Notes: generated by a model from the sequence alone, not told the origin. Positions 44,972-54,477 are shown, counted from the stretch's first letter. The stretch is DNA of 64,000 nucleotides from Candidatus Adlerbacteria bacterium (GCA_028286685.1 JAQBRA010000002.1:1073-65072); one strand, 5' to 3'. Program-made: numbers and translations.

Positions 44972-46180
44972 TTATAGGAACTCCTTAAGGAACGCGTGCA
45001 CAGAACCCGGAGGAGTCATGCCGGAGTATCGCTCATCACCAATAACGATGCGATTGGGCTTCTTGTAGTAACTCGATTGGAGGTTGAAGGTGTAAACACC
45101 TTCTTCATCCGTACGCTGCAACCGGTCTTCCGGACGCTTGAGGCTCGACCAGAGAAAGTCGAGCGATTCGCTCCCGAAAGACGGCTCCCTATTTTGTATA
45201 TAGGGCGCCACCCGCGAGCCAGTAGCCAGCAGGAAGGTCGTCTGAGCATCGCCGCCGCCCCATAATCCGGCCCGAAGGTCGGTAAGGGTATCTCCGGCAT
45301 AGAAGAGGCGCAGGTCTTTTGTCGGTCGGCCGGCTGCTTTCGCAGACTCCGAAAACAGCCGGTTGATCATCTTCTCCTTTCTTGCTCCCCAAGGAATGAG
45401 GTAGAGCGTGTATTTGCTGTTTTCAGGATTATTCCGGTCGGGCCTGCTTTCATCTACAAGCGCAATACGAAGGGCGACCGAATGCCCTTCGGACTTCTTA
45501 CGTTCAATAGCGGAAACGAGCGCATTCATCTGGGCCAATCCGCTACTTCCTTTGAAGTCGAGCTGGAATCTGTATTCCAGCGGAGCGACGTCAGTCAGGT
45601 CTTGCTCGTAGTTACTCCTATTTTCTAAGGGAGACATGTACTCTCCCGCTTCAGGAAAGGTGTCCGCCAAGAAAGCCAGCATCGACAGGCGCCACGGCTC
45701 AGGCTTCGATGCTCCTTTCTTGGCAGCGTCGTGCTTGAGCAGATCGAAGTAGTTATGATCAACCATGTACCCGTGCCCGTTACGCAGGCAGATGCCGCTC
45801 CCGAAGCCGGCGGAAACATCCCAATCGAGAGAGTGGTCAAAAAACGAAACCCCCTCGAGCGGAACAGGCACGCGCCTGCCCGTTACCTGCTCAACGCCCC
45901 ACTTGGGCTCAGGTTCGAGGAAGCCGAGTTTTTTCGACGCTTGATAGACCGAGCTCGACATAGTGAGCGCAGGCGTACGGGCCGTTACAGCACCCGCCAC
46001 CAACCCTCTGTCCAAAAGCAGCTGGCGAACAGCCGCTCTGTCATTCAACTCATTCGAAGACGGAATCTTATCTCCCGTTGTAAATGTCCCATCAAGGTCG
46101 GTAAGCACCATGATGCCGCTTTCTTTTAACTTGGGGATATAGGAAGCTTTCCCATAAGGATCCCCCACCACGTCCGTCAT
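44972..46180 (-). CDS. HAD-superfamily hydrolase-like protein
   Basis: HAD motif I MVLTDLDGTFT and motif IV-like YAGDTLTD. Confidence 0.45.
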   Translation of the reverse strand: MTDVVGDPYGKASYIPKLKESGIMVLTDLDGTFTTGDKIPSSNELNDRAAVRQLLLDRGLVAGAVTARTPALTMSSSVYQASKKLGFLEPEPKWGVEQVTGRRVPVPLEGVSFFDHSLDWDVSAGFGSGICLRNGHGYMVDHNYFDLLKHDAAKKGASKPEPWRLSMLAFLADTFPEAGEYMSPLENRSNYEQDLTDVAPLEYRFQLDFKGSSGLAQMNALVSAIERKKSEGHSVALRIALVDESRPDRNNPENSKYTLYLIPWGARKEKMINRLFSESAKAAGRPTKDLRLFYAGDTLTDLRAGLWGGGDAQTTFLLATGSRVAPYIQNREPSFGSESLDFLWSSLKRPEDRLQRTDEEGVYTFNLQSSYYKKPNRIVIGDERYSGMTPPGSVHAFLKEFL

Positions 46181-46347
46181 TTAACCCCTCCCAAAGAGCA
46201 AGCTGGAATACGGCTACACTCTACCCATTACTTGATACACAACAATATCCGCTTTCAAGCTTACTGGATAGAACCTGTGATCTACATGAAGCCGTTAGAA
46301 TAAGCAAAAACCCTTGAAATAAGTGATTTTTGTGGTATTTTGGTGTT

Positions 46348-47460
46348 ATGAAAGTGCTCGCCATAGAGACCTCCTGCGACGAGACCGGCATTGCCCTGGT
46401 GGAAGGCCGCCGCACTCCGGCAGGCATGGAATTTAGCACCCTCAAGGCGGCATTGGTCAGCCAGGCCGCTCTGCATGCACCGTACGGAGGAGTCTTCCCC
46501 ACTTTGGCCAAGCGCGAACACACAGCAAGTCTGCCAGTACTGTTTGAGCAGTTTAAAGATGAAGATTTTGACGCCATTGCGGTCACCCAAGGACCGGGAC
46601 TCGAGCCGGCGCTCTGGACCGGCATCGAGTTTGCAAAAAAAATTGCAAGCGACTTTAAGAAGCCCCTCTTGCCCGTCAATCATATGGAGGGCCATATTAT
46701 TTCCTCGCTCGCACGGCCGGTTACCAGCCCCGATACTCATTCTAGTATTCTGCAGAACACTAGGGTACTAAGCGATGCGCAGTTTCCAATACTCGCCCTG
46801 CTCGTCTCCGGCGGACACACCGAATTTGTCCTGATGCGCGACTGGTTTCAATACGAGCTTATCGGCCGCACGCTCGACGATGCCGTGGGCGAAGCGTTCG
46901 ACAAGGTGGCCCGCATGATCGGAGTCCCCTACCCGGGCGGGCCGCAAATCTCCAAGCTCGCGCAGGGCGCCCGTGTCCGGTCCTTAAAGTCCGACATCAA
47001 GCTTCCACGCCCTATGCTCCATGCCGACTCCTGCGACGTATCCTTCTCGGGCCTTAAGACCGCGGCACTCTACGCTTTGCGCGACCGCGGCGGCGTACAA
47101 AAACTCTCAGGCGACGAAATATCGGCCTTTGCCGCCGAGCTTGAGGATGCCATTGTCGAAGTCTTGTGCGCCAAGACGCGCCGCGCGCTGGAGCAAACCG
47201 GCGCCAAGACCTTGGTCATAGGCGGGGGTGTGGCAGCCAACCGCTACTTGCGCGAGGAACTGCAGAAAATGGTGCTTGAGGATTTTAACGATGTCGAATT
47301 CCGCCTCCCGGAGCTTTCCATCACCGGGGACAACGCCATTATGATTGCCGAGGCGGCCCTCGCCCACCTCCTTATGGGCGACTGGCAGCTCGACCAGTCC
47401 GGCACAGATCTGGATTTTAAGGCTCAGGGCAACCTTTCTCTAGCCCAAAAAGTGTTGTAA
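46348..47460 (+). CDS. tsaD: tRNA N6-adenosine threonylcarbamoyltransferase TsaD
   Basis: MKVLAIETSCDETGIALVE and the Kae1/TsaD HxxH-like regions. Confidence 0.8.
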   Translation: MKVLAIETSCDETGIALVEGRRTPAGMEFSTLKAALVSQAALHAPYGGVFPTLAKREHTASLPVLFEQFKDEDFDAIAVTQGPGLEPALWTGIEFAKKIASDFKKPLLPVNHMEGHIISSLARPVTSPDTHSSILQNTRVLSDAQFPILALLVSGGHTEFVLMRDWFQYELIGRTLDDAVGEAFDKVARMIGVPYPGGPQISKLAQGARVRSLKSDIKLPRPMLHADSCDVSFSGLKTAALYALRDRGGVQKLSGDEISAFAAELEDAIVEVLCAKTRRALEQTGAKTLVIGGGVAANRYLREELQKMVLEDFNDVEFRLPELSITGDNAIMIAEAALAHLLMGDWQLDQSGTDLDFKAQGNLSLAQKVL

Positions 47461-47469
47461 ATTAAGCCC

Positions 47470-49626
47470 ATGCCGGAGAAATTCCTCAAGCCCTACGACG
47501 CCCAGGCCTCAGAGGCCTCTATATATAAGACATGGGAGGAGTCGGGCTACTTTAACCCCGACAACTTGCCGCCGCTCCAAGACGGCTCTGCGCGCACCGA
47601 GCCTTTTTCCATAGTATTGCCGCCACCTAACGTTACCGGCACGCTCCACCTGGGCCACGCCTCCATGCTGGCAGTCGAAGACATTTTAGTGCGCTACAAC
47701 CGCATGAAGGGCAAGAAGGCGCTTTGGATACCGGGCACCGATTCGGCGGCAATCGCCACCCAGAGCAAGGTTGAAAAGGAAATCCAAAAGAGCGAGGGCA
47801 AATCCCGCCACGATCTGGGGAGAGACGAGCTCCTCAAACGCGTGGACGCCTTTGCCGAAGAGAGCAAAACAACTATCGTCAACCAAGTTAAGCGTATGGG
47901 CTCCTCCCTGGACTGGAGCCGCTATGCCTACACGCTCGACGATAAGCGCTATAAGGCGGTCATGGAGGCGTTCGTGCGCATGTACGACGCTGGGCTCATT
48001 TATCGCGGCAATCGCATAGTTAACTGGGACCCCAAGGGCCAGACGACTATTTCCGATGACGAGATAGTGCACGAGGAGCGCACGGCAAAACTGGTCACGT
48101 TTAAATACTCCAAAGACTTCCCCATCGCCGTCTCTACCACTCGACTTGAGACCAAAGTGGGCGACACGGCGGTCGCGGTGCATCCGGACGATGCTCGCTA
48201 CCAGGAATTTGTAGGAAAAGAATACGACGCGACCTTTTGCGGCGTGCCTTTGCATATAAAAATTATCGCCGACAAGGAAGTCGATCCGGAATTCGGCACC
48301 GGCGCCTTGGGCGTTACTCCCGCGCATTCCCAAACCGACTGGGAGATAGCCGACCGGCATAATATTGCCGCGCGCCCCCAAGTAATAAACGAGTACGCAA
48401 AGATGACCGTCGAGGGACCGCTCAGCGGCAAAAAAGTTCTTGAGGCCCGCGAAACAGTCTTGGAATGGCTCAAGACTGAAGGTCTTTTTATTGAAGAGAA
48501 GGATATCCAGCAAAACGTCTCGACTGCGGAGCGCACCGGCGGCATTATCGAGCCCTTGCCGAAGCTGCAGTGGTTCATAGACGTCAACAAGCCTATAGCC
48601 GAGCGCGGCGACAAATCACTTAAAGAGCTTATGCGCGAGGCGGTAGCATCCGGCGGAGTCATGATCACTCCTAGCCACTTTGAAAAGATTTATTTCCATT
48701 GGATAGAGAATCTGCGCGACTGGTGCATTAGCCGCCAGATCTGGTTCGGGCACCGCATACCCGTCTGGTATAAGGGTACTGAGACCTACGTAGGCATAGA
48801 GGCGCCCGAGGGTGAAGGATGGGGTCAGGATCAAGACACGCTCGACACGTGGTTTAGCTCGGGTCTGTGGACCTTCTCCACCTTGGGCTGGCCGGAGGAG
48901 ACGGAGGACCTAAAAACCTTCCACCCTACCTCAGTCCTTGAGACCGGCTACGACATCCTCTTCTTCTGGGTAGCGCGCATGATACTCATGAGCAGCTTTT
49001 TGATGAAAGAAGTGCCGTTTAAGAACGTATACCTCCACGGCCTCGTGCGCGACGGCCAAGGCCGCAAGATGAGCAAGTCTTTGGGCAACATTATCGACCC
49101 GTTGGATATGATAAATAAGTACGGCGCCGATGCCGTACGCCTTTCGCTTATCGTGGGCGCTGCCCCAGGCAACGATATCCGTCTCGATGAGAACCGCATA
49201 CGCGCCTACAAGAACTTTGCCAACAAGGTATGGAACATTACCCGCTTCGTGCTCGAGAGCGCACAGGAAGCAGATGCCATCGTTGATTCCCCCATCAATC
49301 CCGCAGACGAGAGCCTTATAGCCGAAGCAAAAGTCATGGCCCAAGAAGTTGCCAAGCATATAGACACCTTCCGCCTCGATTTGGCTGCCGATGCCGCCTA
49401 CCAGTTTATCTGGCACCGCTTTGCCGACGAAGTGCTGGAGGAGAGCAAACCGCTCTTGCGCGGGGACGACAAGGTCCGCGCGGCCTCCCGCGCTGCAGCG
49501 CTTCTGCAGTCGCTCGATATACTCCTAAAGGCGCTTCACCCGTTTATGCCGTTTGTAACCGAGGAAATCTGGAAGGACATGCCTTCTCGTAAAGATTTGC
49601 TTATGGTCGAAGCGTGGCCTTCCTAA
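47470..49626 (+). CDS. valS: valine--tRNA ligase (short form)
   Basis: HIGH motif PPNVTGTLHLGHA, KMSKS motif, an editing-domain region. 718 aa. Confidence 0.85.
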   Translation: MPEKFLKPYDAQASEASIYKTWEESGYFNPDNLPPLQDGSARTEPFSIVLPPPNVTGTLHLGHASMLAVEDILVRYNRMKGKKALWIPGTDSAAIATQSKVEKEIQKSEGKSRHDLGRDELLKRVDAFAEESKTTIVNQVKRMGSSLDWSRYAYTLDDKRYKAVMEAFVRMYDAGLIYRGNRIVNWDPKGQTTISDDEIVHEERTAKLVTFKYSKDFPIAVSTTRLETKVGDTAVAVHPDDARYQEFVGKEYDATFCGVPLHIKIIADKEVDPEFGTGALGVTPAHSQTDWEIADRHNIAARPQVINEYAKMTVEGPLSGKKVLEARETVLEWLKTEGLFIEEKDIQQNVSTAERTGGIIEPLPKLQWFIDVNKPIAERGDKSLKELMREAVASGGVMITPSHFEKIYFHWIENLRDWCISRQIWFGHRIPVWYKGTETYVGIEAPEGEGWGQDQDTLDTWFSSGLWTFSTLGWPEETEDLKTFHPTSVLETGYDILFFWVARMILMSSFLMKEVPFKNVYLHGLVRDGQGRKMSKSLGNIIDPLDMINKYGADAVRLSLIVGAAPGNDIRLDENRIRAYKNFANKVWNITRFVLESAQEADAIVDSPINPADESLIAEAKVMAQEVAKHIDTFRLDLAADAAYQFIWHRFADEVLEESKPLLRGDDKVRAASRAAALLQSLDILLKALHPFMPFVTEEIWKDMPSRKDLLMVEAWPS

Positions 49627-49659
49627 ATTGCCCCAAAGGGGCTGTGCTATACTTTTTTT

Positions 49660-50346
49660 ATGTCCGGTGTGGCTCTTCTTATCGCCGTTGTGGGCGGGAT
49701 ACTGCCCGCGCTGCTGTGGCTCACGTTCTGGCTCATGGAGGACCGCTGCGACCCCGAGCCCAAGCGCTACATATTCTTCTGCTTTATCGGCGGCATGGTA
49801 GCGGTCCCGCTTATACTCCCTATCGAGCAGTATGTGGCGCATTACCTGGCGGGGACGCAGCTTTTGCTGGCCTGGGCAACGCTTGAGGAGTTGTTTAAAT
49901 TCGCTGCGGCGTACGCGGCCGCACTGCGCTTCAGGGTCTTTGACGAGCCTCTGGACGGCGTTATATACCTGGTTACGGCGGCGCTCGGATTCTCCGCGCT
50001 TGAAAACGTATTCTTCCTCCTCTCACCAGTCGGCGACGGCGATCTTTTGCGCACCATAGTCACGGGTGACTTGCGCTTTATCGGCGCAACGCTCTTGCAC
50101 ACGCTTTCATCTGCAACTATCGGCGTTGCGCTGGCGCTTTCGTTCTACAAGAGCGTGGCGCTGCGGAAATTCGCCGCATTCGCGGGAGTTATCCTTGCGG
50201 TCGCATTGCATACGCTCTTTAATTTTTTTATACTTACAAGCGGCAAGGGGTCGACCTTTATGGTCTTCCTCGCCATCTGGCTTGGCATCGTAGTACTCCT
50301 CTTTACCATAGAGCAGGTCAAGCAGCCGGCGCGCGACTACTGTTAG
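49660..50346 (+). CDS. PrsW-family intramembrane metalloprotease
   Basis: EELFKF (E-E-x-x-x-K) motif and the FxxxxxxxLHTLFN His motif. Multi-pass membrane protein. Confidence 0.6.
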   Translation: MSGVALLIAVVGGILPALLWLTFWLMEDRCDPEPKRYIFFCFIGGMVAVPLILPIEQYVAHYLAGTQLLLAWATLEELFKFAAAYAAALRFRVFDEPLDGVIYLVTAALGFSALENVFFLLSPVGDGDLLRTIVTGDLRFIGATLLHTLSSATIGVALALSFYKSVALRKFAAFAGVILAVALHTLFNFFILTSGKGSTFMVFLAIWLGIVVLLFTIEQVKQPARDYC

Positions 50347-50367
50347 CTAACTATCCCTATATTATTT

Positions 50368-50880
50368 ATGGCACGAGAAAGGCGATCATTGTTTGAGTGG
50401 CTTACGGGGAGCCAAGGCGAAGCGGACTACTCTTTTGACGAACTCGAGCAAGGCGGCGCCTCTTTTGCCGCAACCCCGGCCCGCGGAGGCCGCGTCCCGG
50501 TCCATTCACCAAGCGCTCCCATGCCCCTGCAGGAGCCCGAGGAGGAACCAGCGGGAGAATTGGCCGTCGATGTCTACCAGACCCCGACCCATATCGTCAT
50601 TAAAGCCATGATAGCTGGCGTTAAGCCTGATGATCTCGACGTTTCCATAACCCGCGATATGGTTACTATCCGCGGCAAGCGCGAGCGCCATACCGAGGGT
50701 ACTGCAGGCGACTTTTTCTTCCAGGAACTCTACTGGGGCGCTTTTAGCCGCACCATCGTCCTGCCCCAGGAGGTGGAGATAGAAGAGGCTGAGGCTTCCG
50801 AGAAGCACGGCCTCCTCATTGTGCGCCTCCCCAAGCTCGACAAGGGCCGCCAGGCAAAACTCAAGGTCAAATCGAATTAG
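50368..50880 (+). CDS. Hsp20/alpha-crystallin family small heat-shock protein
   Basis: Alpha-crystallin domain LAVDVYQTPTHIVIKAMIAGVKPDDLDVSI...LLIVRLPK. Confidence 0.8.
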   Translation: MARERRSLFEWLTGSQGEADYSFDELEQGGASFAATPARGGRVPVHSPSAPMPLQEPEEEPAGELAVDVYQTPTHIVIKAMIAGVKPDDLDVSITRDMVTIRGKRERHTEGTAGDFFFQELYWGAFSRTIVLPQEVEIEEAEASEKHGLLIVRLPKLDKGRQAKLKVKSN

Positions 50881-50887
50881 GTTCTAG

Positions 50888-50933
50888 CCATAAAGTAAAA
50901 GACCTGCCGCAGGGCAGGTCTTTTACTTTATGG
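50888..50933. terminator. perfect 21-bp stem hairpin with GCAG loop between convergent hsp20 and tRNA-Phe
   Basis: CCATAAAGTAAAAGACCTGCC-gcag-GGCAGGTCTTTTACTTTATGG. It abuts the tRNA-Phe 3' end. Confidence 0.55.
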
Positions 50934-51006
50934 TGCTTGGGGCCGGGCTCGAACCGGCGACATCTTCCTCTTCAGGGAAGCGCTCTACCAACTGAGCTAC
51001 CCAAGC
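50934..51006 (-). tRNA. tRNA-Phe (GAA)
   Basis: Reverse complement reads GCTTGGGTAGCTCAGTTGGTAGAGCGCTTCCCTGAAGAGGAAGATGTCGCCGGTTCGAGCCCGGCCCCAAGCA. Confidence 0.8.
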
Positions 51007-51049
51007 AATAAGACCAGCTTATCAAAAAGCGGGACTTTAGGCCACTGGC

Positions 51050-51334
51050 CTAGCGGCTAGTCGAAGTCCCGAAATACTGGCCGAAAAAGCTCCGTGCCTG
51101 CTGCTCAAAACCCTGTGCCGAGTCGTACAAGCCTAATACCTGATGAACGTAGGGCTGCACATAGGCGTAATAGGTGTACGCCGAGACGCTGAATATAAGC
51201 ACCCACCATATGACGGCCACAAACGTATGCCAGCGCTGGTTGCGGCGCATGGCATGGACCACCTTGTTGGTGTCCTGGCTTAAGAGCGTATTGCGGCGCA
51301 CCAGCTCTTTAAGCTCCTCTATCTCCGTATCCAT
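51050..51334 (-). CDS. hypothetical small membrane protein
   Basis: Single TM helix FVAVIWWVLIFSVSAYTYYAYV. 94 aa. Confidence 0.35.
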   Translation of the reverse strand: MDTEIEELKELVRRNTLLSQDTNKVVHAMRRNQRWHTFVAVIWWVLIFSVSAYTYYAYVQPYVHQVLGLYDSAQGFEQQARSFFGQYFGTSTSR

Positions 51335-51357
51335 GCCCTAAATTGTATCACGCACAG

Positions 51358-52245
51358 CTACTTGTCCTTAAAAAAATCCTCGAGCCCCAGCTGCGTCGCC
51401 TCGGCCATGGCATTGAGTGTGCTCTCGCGCAGGAGCGGGTCTTGGATGCGGCGCTCGTATATGTAGGAATATTCCACCAACACACTTGCGGCCTCCAGCG
51501 TATTGTATGCGCCTATGGCGATAAGCTCTTGGTCTTCCACCAGACCCGCGCTTTCGCCCGGCAAGGTGCTCGGGTAGGTTACATCCATAAGGCGGTCCCG
51601 CAGGGCCTCTCCGACCGCCCAGGAGCCCCGCGCGTTGCCAAACTGATTCTCGGGCGTGTAGATAGTAAAGCCGGTGTACGGAGCCGGGTAGTTAAGATCG
51701 TAGCGCGCCGTATCGTTGAAATGCACATGCAAGACGAGATCGAACTCCTCGTCATTGGACCACTTATTGATGCCGTAGAGCCTGAGCGCCGCTTCGCTGG
51801 CGGCGGTCCCATGCGGCACGCCGCTCGCAGATTCAAGATTCCCCGACTCCAAATGACGCTCCATGCGGTCCTTGTAGCGCGCGATGAAATCCTCGGTCTG
51901 CTCCCGTCGATCGGTAAAATATTCAAGGAGGTCGGGGTCGTACCCCTCTTCGGTACGCGCCATGCGCACCTCCAAGTTCTTATTATCCCCCAAGAGGTCC
52001 TTAATTTTTTCTGCAAGTTCAAGATTTAGGTCAGCCTCGCGCAGGCCGGCAAAGGAGGTGCCACTAAACTGATCGTCATGCCCGGCAACAATGAGCACCT
52101 TAAAATCGCCCTTGCCCTTCTGTGCATCCTTATATGCCTTATGGAGGATTGCCGGCGTCGAAGTGTCCTTGTAGGCGGCGGCAAAGGCCTGGCCTGCAGG
52201 CAAAATAAGCAGGGCCGCGGCGACCAACACTAACAAGCGCTTCAT
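51358..52245 (-). CDS. N-acetylmuramoyl-L-alanine amidase (Amidase_3 family), secreted
   Basis: Signal peptide, then VLIVAGHDDQFSG... and the Amidase_3 His/Glu pattern. Confidence 0.65.
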   Translation of the reverse strand: MKRLLVLVAAALLILPAGQAFAAAYKDTSTPAILHKAYKDAQKGKGDFKVLIVAGHDDQFSGTSFAGLREADLNLELAEKIKDLLGDNKNLEVRMARTEEGYDPDLLEYFTDRREQTEDFIARYKDRMERHLESGNLESASGVPHGTAASEAALRLYGINKWSNDEEFDLVLHVHFNDTARYDLNYPAPYTGFTIYTPENQFGNARGSWAVGEALRDRLMDVTYPSTLPGESAGLVEDQELIAIGAYNTLEAASVLVEYSYIYERRIQDPLLRESTLNAMAEATQLGLEDFFKDK

Positions 52246-52283
52246 AAAGCCAGTATAGCAGGTGCCTACCTGAAGATTTTATG

Positions 52284-52355
52284 TGCCCTTAGCAGGAATT
52301 GAACCTACATCTTCTCCTTAGGACGGAGTTGCTCTATCCGTTGAGCTATAAGGGC
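52284..52355 (-). tRNA. tRNA-Arg (CCT)
   Basis: Reverse complement reads GCCCTTATAGCTCAACGGATAGAGCAACTCCGTCCTAAGGAGAAGATGTAGGTTCAATTCCTGCTAAGGGCA. Confidence 0.7.
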
Positions 52356-52371
52356 TTTCTGTTTTTACGAC

Positions 52372-52393
52372 AAAACCGGCTTTCGCCGGTTTT
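52372..52393 (-). terminator. terminator hairpin downstream of the glutaredoxin gene
   Basis: AAAACCGGC-tttc-GCCGGTTTT. Confidence 0.4.
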
Positions 52394-52420
52394 GAGTATG
52401 CTACAGATTCGCCTTTTGGG

Positions 52421-52663
52421 CTACGCCTCGATCCCGAGCTTGCCAGCCACCTTGGCGCGGTCAAAGCCCACCATCATCTCATCGCCGATAACGATAACCG
52501 GGACGCCTAGCTGGCCGGTCATCTGGATCATCTCCTCGCGCTTTGCGGCGTCGGTTGAGACGTCGTAGCCGGTGTACTCAATGCCCTTTTCGGCAAAGAA
52601 ATCCTTGGCCATCTCGCAGAAGTGGCAGGTCGGCGTGCTGTAGATAGTAACGGTCTTTTGCAT
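52421..52663 (-). CDS. glutaredoxin-family (NrdH-like) small redox protein
   Basis: Thioredoxin fold, about 80 aa, with CxxC (TCHFCE) and GVPVIVIGD. Confidence 0.7.
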   Translation of the reverse strand: MQKTVTIYSTPTCHFCEMAKDFFAEKGIEYTGYDVSTDAAKREEMIQMTGQLGVPVIVIGDEMMVGFDRAKVAGKLGIEA

Positions 52664-52714
52664 AAATCCTTGGTTATTTGCTAGTAACTCCAGTATATCA
52701 CGCAGGCTCTTAGG

Positions 52715-53341
52715 CTAGAATCCGAGCTTTTCCTTAACTAAGATCACGTGGATCTTCCGGCCAGTAAAGCCGACATTCTCCTTGTGGAACACGAACACTT
52801 TGTTAACCGCAGTACCTGCCTCGGGGCCGTATACTTTCTTCATGCGCGCATCCTCCAGGGGCACCACATGGTCTAGGAGGCGCTTGTAGGTATCAGCCAG
52901 GGTCGGCACGATCTTTTGGGCACCCACTACGAAGACGACATTGGGCGAGCTATACACGATGTGCGGCAGCTGGCTTCCGGTGTTAGAGGCAATAAGCATC
53001 TCGCCGGTCTCCGAAAGCGCGTGCACCGAGCCTGCGTAATATTCGGAAGTGAGAGCTTGGCGGCGCAACTCCTTCTGCTTTTCAGCATCCGCCTCGGAAA
53101 CAATGCCCGCATGGAGATTGTCCCAGCCATGACCCTCGGCCTTAAGGTGATCGATAAAGCCGATCTCTTCAAGGGTTGCAGACGCGCCGTTCATGACTGA
53201 AGCGCCCTGAGGAATAAGCTCCTTAACCTTTGCCAAAGCCTCTTCCTTGGTAGCCACGACTACCGGCTCGAAGCCGCGCTCCTTAAGCCCTGCGACTGTC
53301 TTAGTAATCGACTCTTCTGATGCCAATTGTGTGTAATCCAT
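52715..53341 (-). CDS. LUD-domain (LutC/YkgG-like, DUF162) protein
   Basis: Length and the conserved GAS...NTG block pattern of the LUD domain. Confidence 0.45.
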   Translation of the reverse strand: MDYTQLASEESITKTVAGLKERGFEPVVVATKEEALAKVKELIPQGASVMNGASATLEEIGFIDHLKAEGHGWDNLHAGIVSEADAEKQKELRRQALTSEYYAGSVHALSETGEMLIASNTGSQLPHIVYSSPNVVFVVGAQKIVPTLADTYKRLLDHVVPLEDARMKKVYGPEAGTAVNKVFVFHKENVGFTGRKIHVILVKEKLGF

Positions 53342-53403
53342 AGATTCAGTATATACCGATACTTTACATTGTAAAGTAGTAGGCGCTGTGATACGATTAT
53401 TTT

Positions 53404-53712
53404 ATGGCTTTGGCTACCCCTCTGGCACACAAAAAAGGCGGCTGTCCCGTACAAAAAACGGCCACTTTGCTGAGCGATACATGGACCATGCTTATCATCC
53501 GGGACCTCCTTGAGGGCCCTAGGCGCTTTTGCGACCTCGAACGCTCGCTTGAGGGCATATCGACCCGCACCCTGACCTTGAAGCTCAAAATCCTCGAGTC
53601 CGAACGGCTTATTAAGAAGCTCAAAGACGGCAGCTACTCGGCGACTCCCCGGGGCAAGGGCCTGCGGGTAGTCGAAAGCGCCATGCGCCGGTATGGAGAG
53701 AAATTTTTATAA
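53404..53712 (+). CDS. HxlR-family winged-helix transcriptional regulator
   Basis: CPVQKTATLLSDTWTMLIIRDLLEGPRRFCDLERSLEGISTRTLTLKLKILE matches the HxlR signature. Confidence 0.7.
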   Translation: MALATPLAHKKGGCPVQKTATLLSDTWTMLIIRDLLEGPRRFCDLERSLEGISTRTLTLKLKILESERLIKKLKDGSYSATPRGKGLRVVESAMRRYGEKFL

Positions 53713-53787
53713 ACTGTGCGGAATAGAAGCTGGGACTTATATTCCTTCCCTCGCTCGCAAATAATAGCGGGCTTTATTTGTCTCACT

Positions 53788-53961
53788 CGGGTGCGGAATG
53801 GGAATCGGTCAGGCGTTCGTATAATGCCGTCGCATTATACGCCGCACGACCCTGCCTCGCTCCCGTGCCCGCTGGCACGGGGCCCGCTCCGGCTTTCGAT
53901 TCTCCACACAACCCGCCCCGCGGGTCGTTCATTCCGCACTCTTGTCACTATAGTTCCTCGG
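53788..53961 (-). repeat. tRNA-3'-end-associated composite element, copy 2 (Gly). Same architecture as copy 1, with Gly-specific antisense and sense segments
   Basis: The minus strand carries the antisense tRNA-Gly 3' end TGCGGAATG-[aacgaCCCGCgggGCGGGttgtgt]-GGAGAATCGAA. The conserved core AAGCCGGAGCGGGCCCC...GCGAGGCAGGGTCGTGCGGC...GAACGCCTGACC follows. It ends with the sense copy GATTCCCATTCCGCACC. Confidence 0.6.
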
Positions 53962-54032
53962 TGCGGAATGGGAGAATCGAACTCCCGCCCGTTGCTTGGG
54001 AAGCAACTGTTCTACCACTAAACCAATTCCGC
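53962..54032 (-). tRNA. tRNA-Gly (CCC)
   Basis: Reverse complement reads GCGGAATTGGTTTAGTGGTAGAACAGTTGCTTCCCAAGCAACGGGCGGGAGTTCGATTCTCCCATTCCGCA. Confidence 0.8.
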
Positions 54033-54045
54033 GTACGGGCCTAAT

Positions 54046-54477
54046 TTACCACACGAAGAGCGCCCTGAATATCCTTACGAAAAAGTTGGGCGAGTCGGCC
54101 GACTCGGAGCTTGTGGTGGCCTGCCGCCGCACAATATCTATCTGGCCCTCGCCCGGCCGGGCTACCCCGTAGCGCTCGCGCACGCCCGCCTCCACCCCCC
54201 TATCCGACGACAAAGCGGCTACGGCGGCCCCTACGTGCTTGTGCTGGGACCGGAGCTCTTCCAGCTCGGCGCGAGCGCTCGCATCGGCACCTGAAGCAGC
54301 CACAAACTTGCCGTACATGCCCCAAGTGCCCCGCACCGCTATAAAAGCCACAAATACCAGGAACGCCACGCCGGCCAGGCCGAAACCCGTCTGCATCAAA
54401 TCCTGCCGGCCCGCTCGGCGCTTGCGATAGTCCTGCATGCTCTCATTGTACCCTCTTCCGGGGACCCCTTTATCCAC
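54046..54477 (-). CDS. septum-formation-initiator-like (FtsB/DivIC-type) small membrane protein
   Basis: Single TM helix followed by a short coiled-coil (ARAELEELRSQ). Confidence 0.35.
   Translation of the reverse strand: MDKGVPGRGYNESMQDYRKRRAGRQDLMQTGFGLAGVAFLVFVAFIAVRGTWGMYGKFVAASGADASARAELEELRSQHKHVGAAVAALSSDRGVEAGVRERYGVARPGEGQIDIVRRQATTSSESADSPNFFVRIFRALFVW

Noticed and set aside
53716-54044. Plus-strand ORFs 53716..54021 and 53778..54044
   Set aside because: They lie entirely within the tRNA-Gly gene and its associated repeat element. The frames are GC-rich and Pro/Arg-rich, which is typical of artefacts.
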